A stretch of DNA of 47,767 nt from Diploschistes diacapsis (Eukaryota): positions 1 to 47,767 of the forward strand of contig JALAIB010000019.1 in assembly GCA_023645945.1 (NCBI GenBank), in the 5' to 3' direction. Each line of letters starts with the position of its first letter. Within the stretch, counting starts at the first letter, position 1. The notes under the pieces were generated by a model, which was not told the origin of the DNA, ran no database searches, and was given only the letters and a program-made list of their open reading frames with translations. This document shows, piece after piece, positions 1 through 9,868 of the stretch. The translations under genes and the position numbers were made by a program.

Positions 1-1300
1 TCCGGGGTCTGCTGAAGCGGGGAGGGGAACGTGATCGGGTTCGTGAACGCGAGCGGGAGCGCGAGAAGGAGTCTGAGCGTCGGCGATGTCCCCTCCGATT
101 ATTGGGGGAGCGAGAAGGTGAAAAGGAGCGGCTTCTGCTCCTCTCTCGGCTGCTGTAAGAAGAAGCATAACGGCGGCGCTTGCGTGGGCTCTCGCTTCGA
201 TCTCGGCTGCTGCTCCGGGAGCGCCGGTTTCCGGACTTTCCTATACGCTTCATGTTCTCGCAAAAACCTTTAGACCAGCCGTAGTAGCTACCGCCTCCAA
301 TGATCTCGCCAGTGATTTTATCGCGCATGATCAACTGGCCTATTTCGTCCATCTCCATGGAGATTCCTTCGTCATCTGGTTCTTGCAGGCTATAGATACC
401 ATCAGCTTCTTTGAGGAAGGATTCGACAGCTCCAATCAGCTTAGGATCAGCGGGACCAGGAACGAACTGGAGCGGCCTCATTTGCTGGGCGTTGATTGGG
501 ATAGAGGTATTAGGGATGATATGAGGCATCATATTGGCGGCCGGAAGTTCGTAATATGGCGCTGACAGGTCGCCATGCGTTGCTGGCATAAGAAATGGCA
601 AGTCCTTTATACTTTTATCGATGGCTACTGCTCCTTCCTTCCGCTCGCCTGAATCTCTGACTCTGGCCTTGCCTGTAGATCCTGCCTCTCTGGCAGCGTC
701 TCGCAGCTCCTCAATAACAGATTGATCGAAGTAACGTTGCGACTGCCATTCCTCCAGAACGTTGTCAATCCTCTTATGCTGTCGAACGTATACTTCCATG
801 TCATAGGCAGCAGCGTTGCTGACTATGTCGGCAAGATAAGGTTGTAGGTTATGCGCGAACGCAGAATAGGTTGGGCTATTTATTACATGATATCTGAGAT
901 GATGTAGGACATCGTTCAACAGATAAATGATATGTAGTTGCTTCCGGCGCGAAGAAGAGCCTTTGTGGGCCGGTTTTGCTCGCTCATCTCCAGTCTTCCC
1001 AAGGGATGAGCTTAGAGCTACTAGGTATTTCCCAACGAAAGTCACTCGTTTAGGTGAGGATATGCCACTATTCAAAAGCCATTCCTTGCATCGCTGTCCT
1101 CACGTATCCTTTTAGTCATATTTCTTGCGTGGGACATGCAGCGACCAAACCTGAGTATTAGCCGGTGTGCACCGTGTTAAAGTAGATTCGAGTGCGTCGT
1201 GGAAGAACAGAATCTCATCGCGAGAAACTGCTACTGGGTCTGGGCGTATAAATCCAGCGGCTAAAGAAGCCTTTGCGATGGCTAAAGCGTGTGAAGCCAT
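1..1300 (-). CDS. CID/RPR (RNA Pol II CTD-interacting)-type domain protein with RS-rich tail, 3' partial
   Basis: Exon 1300-1151 (MASHALAIAKASLAAGFIRPDP...CTPANTQ), intron 1150-1094 (GTTTGG...ACAG), exon 1093 to window edge open (RCKEWLLN...RRKQLHIIYLLNDVLHH...MPATHGDLSAPYYELPAANMMPHI). LHxIYLLND is typical of CID helices. An alternative ATG exists at 1312. Confidence 0.75.
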
Positions 1301-1472
1301 ACTAGCTTGCATGATGTTGTCAAAAAGCATCGAGGTGGTTGTACTTCATTATTACGGAAATAACTTGTAATGGGTTTAAAGCCGAAGCTGCCAAGAATTT
1401 GCTCTTTAACTTAAATCTTCACGTACTTTATATACACGTCCCCCACATAGTACGTCTACAGCCAATCCCAAC

Positions 1473-3157
1473 ATGTCTTTCAAAGATCTTATTCCCGTGC
1501 CTCAGCGAGCTGGTACTGGACAGGTTTCTCTTGCGAGGCCTTCAGCAGAGGAAGTCGAGCGGCAAACAGAAAGGACAAAAGATGCTCTGAGTCTGTTGAT
1601 AGCCGGAGCATCTGCCGCCCAGAAACCGTCCTTGATCAAGAAGCAAAGAAGTGATGAGCCAACTTTTGTGCGCTACCAGCCTACTGCACAGTATGGACAG
1701 GAGGCTGGCGGAGAGAGGCTCATAAAAATCAAAACGACTTTAATAGACCCTATGGTGAGGAGTTACGAAGCTACTGCTCCTAGTGACTTGCTAACTCTTT
1801 CGTAGGAACCTCCCAAGTTCAAACAAAAGAAGATTCCTCGGTATGATACTTGCTCTCTGAGCGTTGTACTTGATCCACGCTAATTGTCTTGCTCAGTGGC
1901 CCTCCTACTCCTCCTCGCCCAGTACTCCGCTCCCCTCCAAGGTGAGGCTCATATTGCAGTCGCAAAGATCTAAAGCTAACGTGTGTGAGGAAATTAACGG
2001 CAGAGGACCAGGCTGCCTGGAAGATTCCGCCGGCTGTATCGTCATGGAGTAAGTCTTGTTACCCTTGGAATATCATAAGTTAGCTAACGCTATTTCAGAA
2101 AACCCGAAAGGATATACGTTAGTTCTCTTCCTTTCCCTTTAATATACAACAAGACTAACTTTTTCTGAGTCGGGGCATCGACAAACTTTTGGTGGCACGA
2201 CCCAACATCGAGGACGTTACCATTAATGACAAGTTTTCCCAGCTAGCCGACGCGTTGTTCACCGCTGATCGTCACGCGAGAGAGGAAGTGAAGCAGCGTG
2301 CGGCTATGCAGCAGAAGTTAGCCGAGAAAGAGAAAGCTCAAAAGGAAGAGCATTTGCGCTTGCTCGCGCAAAAGGCTCGCGAGGAAAGGAGCGCCAATGT
2401 TCACCGCGGGCGCCGTGATTCTAGTGGCGCATATAGCCGAGCCTCCTCACGCTCATACTCCCGCTCAGCATCTGTTTCTTCAACTGATTCCGCGGCCCGA
2501 GAGCGCGAGCGTATGCGCCGAGAACGTAAGGAAGAGCACCAGAAGCAGCTACGACAATCACGCATGGGCACGGAGAGGCGCATGCAGATGCTAGCTCGAG
2601 AGCAGAACAGGGACATATCGGAGAAGATCGCGCTGGGCCTCGCCAAGCCGACACAGTCGTCAGAGTCGATGTATGATAGTCGCTTATTCAACCAAACCTC
2701 TGGCTTCGACACGGGCTTCAACGAGGACCAGCCGTACGACAAGCCGCTATTCGCGGCACAAGATACTATCAACAGCATCTATCGCCCGACACAAGCACAG
2801 GCAGATGAGGAGGATGCGGAGGCAGCAGAGGCGACGATGGACAAGATTCAGAAGACGAGCAGGTTCGAGGTGCTTGGAAAGGCAGTAAAGGGCTTTAGGG
2901 GGGCGGATATTGCTGAGGACCGAAGAGGACCGGTCGTGTTTGAGAGGGATGGGGATACTTTGGGTGGGAGCGGTGCCGCCGCGGGTGTGAATGCTGGCGA
3001 GAGTAAAGCGGCAGCTAAGGACGATGATCCATTCGGGATTGACGAGATGATCAGGGATGCTACGGGGGGTGTTGGAGGAAGTGGCAGGAAGAGGACCAGT
3101 GATGAGGACGAGGAAAGAGGCCATAAGAGAGCAAGGGTAGATAGTGACGAAGGCTGA
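1473..3157 (+). CDS. PRP45: Pre-mRNA-processing protein 45 / SKIP (SNW domain), N-terminally shortened
   Basis: Exons 1473-1754, 1806-1840, 1897-1941, 1990-2048, 2099-2117, 2170-3157 give SFKDLIP, DPMEPPKFK, SPPRKLTAEDQAAWKIPPAVSSWKNPKGYT, INDKF..ALFTADRHAREEV, RDISEKIALG, YDSRLFNQ, GPVVFE, DPFG. These are SKIP/Prp45 motifs. Confidence 0.93.
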
Positions 3158-3345
3158 GCAAATGTATATCTGGGAAATGACGATAAGCTGAATTGGTCAT
3201 GTACTCTGAGGCGCACTGTTTGTATCGCAAAAGATTGCAGATATTCTGCGGAGATAAGTTTAAGGAACAACCTAACTCTCTGCTTGCTCCCAACAAATAA
3301 ATTTCATAGGCCTACAAGTATGCCGTCCACGCCGTGATGAACCTA

Positions 3346-6251
3346 TTAATCGCCCAGTCCAAACCACTCCCCACCCTCGCTACCGCCATCCACCATTTCT
3401 TCGTCCTCACCAACCTCACCAACCACAACTCTCTCCCCATTCTTAGCCGCCTCTCCATTTAGCCCACCAGAAATCCCAAGCTTGCCCATCCTCTCCTCCA
3501 ACCTCCCCTGCTCAAGGATGTACTGCACCGCATACCCGTTCCCCTCCGCCAACCTCCCCAACTCGCTCCCCACTCTTCCCACCGCCCTCTGCACCGCCCT
3601 CAACTCGGCCGCCAAACTGCCCGCATTCTCCTTGCACCACATCCCGTGCTCGCTCAGCATGGTTTCAATCCACAGCAGGTTAAATTCCAGGTGCGCTGTC
3701 GCCTCGACTTCCTGCGCGACGAAACGCAGTAGGCGGGGGATATACACGGTCGGCACGTCCCGCGCGACGAGGCGGATGGAGGGGTGCGGGATGCGCTCGT
3801 AGACGGTGCGGATGAGGGAGCGTTCGTTGAGGCGGAAGGCCATTATAAGGGCCAGGAGGTAGGATCCTTTATCGAGGGTTTCGAGAGTTGTGGCGGGCGT
3901 GATGGAAATGTCGAGGTCGAAGGGGTCGAACTGCAGGGTTTGGTCGAGGGAGTAGATGAGGAGACCCTCCGTGCTGGCAGCGCAGAACGAACGGCCTGTC
4001 GGCGCGAAGGAAACGGATGTGACGCGGACGGTGGGCAGTGTGCGGCGGCTCGAGGCGTCACCGCGGGTGGCGCCGGGAAGGGTACGATCGAGGCGGTCTT
4101 CGAGGTCGGATGCCTCGCCGGTGGTGTCGATAAGGCCAGCAGGACCAGCTTCGGTCAGGAGTCGTGAGCTGAGGTATTCTTGTGTGCCTTGAAGGGAGAG
4201 GTTGATAGAAACGGTGAATTTTTTGAGTAGCGTAAGCGTGCTGATGGCGTAGAGGCAAAGGTACTTACTGTTGCCGCCGGCAAGAAGACAGGTGCCGTCG
4301 ACACTGTAGACAATGGAATTGAAGGCTTTATTGCCAGTGGAGGAAGCAGCCGTGCGGCGGTCTGTGAGGAGACGCCCACCTGATGCATCTCGCCGGCCAG
4401 AGACTCCAGATTCTTGAGTGGCTTCGGCGAGAGACCAGAACGTCAGCTCGCCATCGAGTGTGGAGACGGCGATCTGTTTCGAGTCTGGTCGAACTGTTAC
4501 ATCGAGAACATCAGCCTGCAGCGTTAGGGGCTCGCTTGTCTGGGTCCTCTCAAAGATGCTCCATATTCGGACAGTATGGTCCCAGCTACCGCTAACAAGA
4601 GAACTGCCGTTAGGTGCAAATGCAAGAGTAGATACAGGGCCTTCATGACCGGACAATTGGTCGAGAAGCTGACCTGTCTGCACGGACCAAATGTAGATAT
4701 CGAAAGAATCTATTGACCCCGCACAAACGACCTCGCCGCTTGGATCAATCGCTAACGAGGAAAAAGACAATCTTGTTGGTGCTGTGAAGGTTCTAAAGTT
4801 TCGATACCTTATCAGATCCCATGCACGTACAGATCCGTCAAGACTCGACGTAAACAGGACACGACCTCGTTTTGCAAACTCGCAGGCAGTCACACCAGCA
4901 GTATGCTCGGTGAATGTGACGATGCAGAACCCAGATTGAACATCCCAAACCTTGATCTTGCCGTCATCTGAAGCAGTGATTAGTTGCTGTGCATCAGGCG
5001 AATATATGGTAGCGTTGGTAGCATCAAAATGCCCTTGTTGCTTGAGAATGTAGGATTCGGATTGCCACTCCCAAACCAAAAGCTGGCCGAGTTTAGATGC
5101 CCCAAACGCAAGCCATTCACCAGATTGATTTATATCAACGAAGTCAATTCCATTTTGCGATATGCTGTGCCCCAATTAGATCTTAGGAGCTGTAAGGCGC
5201 GGAGGTAAATACCTTAACGTATGCAACGTGTTAAAGTCTGGCATCTCATAGAGGCCAAAAATTCCGTTTGAAAAGCCAACGACAACCAAACCCGAGGCAG
5301 CATGGTATTGAGCGCAAGTCGCTTTAGTGTTGTTCTGCATAAAGAAGTGCCGATCGACAATACGCCATCGCGATGTGTCCTCGTCTGGAGGCTCTTCTTC
5401 TGCCTGTTCGCCCTTTGCGGGCGGTCGAGGAGCGAATGCCCAACGAAAGATCGCGCCATCTTGGCTCACAGTATAGATCTAGATTCAGTCGGCATTGGTA
5501 AGAAAAAGGCAGCATAGCGGTAGACTCACAGACTCCTGGTCGCCAGAGAACCAGGCACCAAGCACTCTTTCACGGTGTCCAGCTAAAGTCGTAGGTAGGA
5601 AGCCCTCCTCAGTACTCAAGCTCCATATCCGAGTGGTAAGATCCTTTGAAGCGCTGAGGAAGAACCGAGAATCGCTTGACCACTGTATGCTCGTCACATC
5701 GTCATGATGAACAATGTGCGAATGATATTTCACAAAAGGAGCGAATTCAAGGTCGCCTCCTGAGTTTGAGTCGGGTGTTGATGGTGTGTGCCAGACTTCG
5801 ATCCGACGACCTGTGCCTACGGCGAAGTGGTTGCCTGCTGGAGAGAATGCCAATGCTGAAACGTTGGACTTAAACGAGAAGTGATAGATGGCGAGTCTTC
5901 GGGGGAAGTTGGCCAATATCGCTTGTCCATCTTCGTCAATTGATAATAAGAGGTTACCCCTTGGATTAAGTGCAAGCCGTGAAACATTTCGTCGATGTGC
6001 ATATGGTAATGTATATGATTTATTACTATTGATGTTGGCAGCTTGAAATCGACGGGTAGCTGCTGCTTACTTAACGAGATCAAAGACTGTAACTCTATTG
6101 CCGACTGGTGATAACAGGCATGTGCCATCAGGGGTGAAGACAAGATTTCCTTTACGGTAAACAGTTCCCAGTAGGTTCGAAAACTAGGGTTTAGGTAAGC
6201 GAGCGACTGAGAGAAATGTCTAGATTCACGAACTCTGAAGTCAGTCTTCAT
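3346..6251 (-). CDS. PWP2: Periodic tryptophan protein 2 (UTP1), SSU processome WD40 protein
   Basis: Exons 6251-6234, 6183-6071, 6025-5530, 5478-5213, 5164-3346. Starts MKTDFRFSNLLGTVYRKGNL; contains LGQLLVWEWQSESYILKQQGH, VRAWDLIRYRNFRTF, FCAASTEGLLIYS, FDPFDLD and a Utp12-type C-terminus. Confidence 0.96.
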
Positions 6252-6601
6252 AGCAGAGATCCTTCCAAGGAGAGAAAATCAGAAGAACTAAAGAACGAGA
6301 ATAATTGTACAGGGTATCTCGAAAAAAAACAGTTCATGAAGTGAAGCTCTTCTATGCTCTCACAACTGAAGAACTAGATCTTAGGCACGGGCCAGTCCGC
6401 CCCGGACGGAGCTAAGCCGGCGATAATCAAAGCTCTATACTACCGTTTCCCTGAATCTGCCAATCCAAATTTCCCCTGAATTGCTCTCAACAACAAGGAC
6501 ATCATTGCCTTTGGATCCTTATTACGAAGCTGACTCCCTTGCCTCAACTGTGCTGTCCTTTTTCCGCTTCTTTGTGACAGCCTATCAACATAACTACAAT
6601 C

Positions 6602-8034
6602 ATGGCTCCTCAACAGTCGGAAGTTGCCTCCCCCATCGGTATCGCTAATGTAAGTACTCCCCTTGCACGCGAAGAATATACGCCCAAGTCACTAACATAA
6701 TTGTAGTTACCGAATCAAAGGTAAGCATCTTTGCGTACGGAGAAAGCGAGAACAATTATTAACTACAGGGAATAGACATAAGATTGTCGCAAAGAGAGGA
6801 GCGGCTTTTACTATTATGGTTCGTCTGAGAAGAAGGTTATCAAAACTCAGCTGAAAGGACTAGGTTGCTGGAGAATCAGGATTGGGCAAGACGACATTCA
6901 TCAACACGCTATTTTCGACAACCATTAAGAACTATGCCGATCACAAGCGAAGACATGCAAAGCAGATCGACAAAACCGTTGAAATCGAGATCACAAAGGC
7001 AGAGCTCGAAGAAAAGTTCTTCAAGGTTCGGTTGACGGTGATTGATACTCCCGGCTTCGGCGACTACGTGAACAACCGAGACTCGTGGATGCCAATTATC
7101 GAGTTCCTGGACGACCAGCATGAGTCTTACATGCTTCAAGAACAACAGCCAAGGCGGCAAGACAAGATCGATCTTCGTGTCCATGCTTGCCTTTACTTCA
7201 TCCGGCCTACAGGCCACACTCTGAAGCCACTAGATATTGAGGTGATGAAGCGACTTTGCACAAGAGTAAACCTCATCCCAGTCATTGCCAAGGCGGATAC
7301 ATTGAGCCCCAGTGACCTCGCCAGATTCAAGGCCAGAGTAGGGTAGACGATCACATCTCAGTTACATGTTCTAACTCATAGTTTCAGGTACGAAACGTCA
7401 TTGAAGCTCAAGGCATCAAAATCTACCAACCCCCCATCGAAGAAGACGACGACACCGCCGCCCGCCACGCGCGCGACTTGATCGGCGTGATGCCCTTCTC
7501 CGTCATCGGCTCCGAAAAGGACGTCAAGACGGGCGACGGCCGCATCGTCAAGGGCCGCCAGTACAACTGGGGCGTGGCCGAAGTCGAGAACGACGACCAC
7601 TGCGACTTCAAAAAGCTGCGCAGCATCCTCATCCGCACGCACATGCTGGACCTGATCCACACGACGGAGGAGATGCACTACGAGGCCTACCGCGCGCAGC
7701 AGATGGAGACGCGCAAGTTCGGCGAGGCCAGGCCGCGCAAGCTGGACAACCCCAAGTTCAAGGAGGAGGAGGAGGCGCTGCGCAAGCGCTTCACGGAGCA
7801 GGTCAAGGACGAGGAGAACAGGTTTCGGAAGTGGGAGCAGAAGCTGATTGCGGAGCGCGACCGGCTGAACAAGGATCTGGAGAGCACGCACGCTGCGTAC
7901 GTATTGTTCCCTAAAGCTTTTTTTTTTGGGCGAGATGCAACGGGTGGGCTAATTGTTGTCTGTACAGGATCAAGGAACTGGAAGGCGAGCTCGAGAACAT
8001 GCAGACTGGGACTGCACGCACCGGAAGGCGCTAG
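6602..8034 (+). CDS. CDC12: Septin, Cdc12/AspC type
   Basis: Exons 6602-6649, 6707-6720, 6776-6818, 6864-7337, 7388-7896, 7968-8034. GIANLPNQRHKIVAKRG polybasic region, GESGLGKT P-loop, DTPGFGD, AKAD, GRQYNWG, C-terminal coiled coil. Confidence 0.93.
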
Positions 8035-8421
8035 AGGAACTTTTGTACGGCTTAACGGACTTGCTCCGGCTCTTTCTTGAACTTCTTGATTCTACTAGAA
8101 TCGTCTATTCTGGGGCCATTTTCGATGTTAATGCAAAGCAGGTATGAGCGGTGCGGAGTGGACTTCGATGCTAGCTAGTTGTTTAAGACCTTCTTAATTT
8201 CAGACGGGTTGACTGATGACAAGTCATCACACGCATCACCTGCCGAGGCATTATGTTGTCTCTGAAATTTTCATTCAGCTGATTGTCATTGCTTGCCAAT
8301 GTGTAGTAAACCAGCTGCATCCATACTCAAGCTCCACGCTCAACATGTCACTTTTTCCCTTTCCGCTTTCGCCCCCCCATCAAGTCCGTCCAAGGCTTCG
8401 GAACCTGCTGGCTCCAGCCAT

Positions 8422-9281
8422 CTACCACAAGTCCTTGTCCATCTCATCCGATTCCGAGTCAAGCCCCTTGTACTTCGGCTTGCCGTCCTTGATATCCACC
8501 TGCCTCTGCGAGTAAAACATGTGGCAGGTGGGCGCCCACTTGTCCCTGTCCTCCTTCTTGTCGAATTTGATGAGGGTGGGGAAGAGCAGGATCATGTTGC
8601 GGCCCTCGTCCATAATGGGTGTGCGGCAGTAGCCACACGAGACCTTGCAGGGCAGCTTGTGCCGGCACGTCTTCTCGGTCGGGTCGTACCAGACGAGGTC
8701 GTGGTGGCCGTGGCTGAAGTTGATGTCGGACTTGTGGAAGATGGCGGCCCACTGGAAGCAGGAGCCTGGATATGCGGTATCAGCGAAGTGCACTGTGAAG
8801 AAGCAGGAGGCATATTAGAGCGGGGAACAAACGCACCATGTAATCGTTGGCACGTAGTGCAGTGGCAGAACTTGCTCGCCAGCGGCTTCTCGCGGCTGAG
8901 AGAATACTGCACCCTTCCGCAGTGGCAACTCCCCTCGTAGAGGGAATGGAAGTCCTCATTCGTGTGGATGCGGTAGGGCTCGCGGTACTTCCAGTCCTCG
9001 GGACCTTCGCGCTGCTTGACCGAAGCTTCGGGCTTCTCATTGGAGGAAGACATTCTCGTTGCAAGGTAAGGGTTTTGGTGATCAGGGTGAGCGTGCTGGC
9101 ACTTGCTATGGGCTGTGTGCTCTGCAGAGGAAAATTGGAGGGGATGGGAGTGTGTGCTGAGAGAGGAGCTACTTAGGAGTCGATGGTAGGCACGCCTTGG
9201 TATGGCAGCTGAAGAGGTAGATCGAATAGTCCCAGAGGCAAGCAAGGTGCGTGTGAGGGGTCGGGCAGCGGTGAATATCAT
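8422..9281 (-). CDS. GFA/CENP-V (Mss4-like) zinc-binding protein
   Basis: Exon 9281-8837 (second in-frame ATG at 9053), intron 8836-8766, exon 8765-8422. GSCHCGRV, CHCTTCQRLHG, CGYCRTP and PTCHMFY motifs. Confidence 0.88.
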
Positions 9282-9413
9282 GGAGCAAAATAATGGTGTT
9301 CACCGAATTCACCAAATTCGCCAATGGTAGAAATGGAGAGGGATTGTGTAGATAAAGAGGTCATTGTGAAGCCTGAAGCGCGAGTCGCGTGCTTTTGAGC
9401 TTTGCAGGACGCA

Positions 9414-9415
<2 letters not shown>

Positions 9416-9460
<45 letters not shown>
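9416..9460. repeat. (GAT)15 microsatellite
   Basis: 15 perfect GAT units about 135 nt upstream of the GFA gene ATG. It accounts for the poly-D and poly-I ORFs in the ORF track. Confidence 0.97.
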
Positions 9461-9868
9461 AATGATGACATAGACAGCGGGAACAAATTTATATCCGTCA
9501 ACCAACCGAGATCGGTTCCTATCTGCAGTTATAGATCGGAGAAAGCTAGTGACAGACATGGTAGATTGAAATTGGGCAAGCTGTCACGCTAGAGTTTACT
9601 CACATACTTTACATTTTGTGCAGATGCTTCAGAAAGAGCTATGATGTTGGCCAACAAATTTATGTCATCTATTAATTGGGTGCATGCATTTGGGCTGCCG
9701 ACAGCAGGCAACATACTGCAATCTCCAGCGTTCAGAAAACTCTGCCCCAATGTAGATATTAAGATCGTTGTTTGACATGGCCTTGAGATCAACCGTCGTT
9801 TTCACACGTCGCAACACTCACCTACCTGCCACGCAATGCAACTCCAAGCAAAATGCTTGAGCCGTTTT

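Noticed and set aside
9278..9592. Poly-Ile and poly-Asp ORFs
   Set aside because: They are translations of the (GAT)15 microsatellite.
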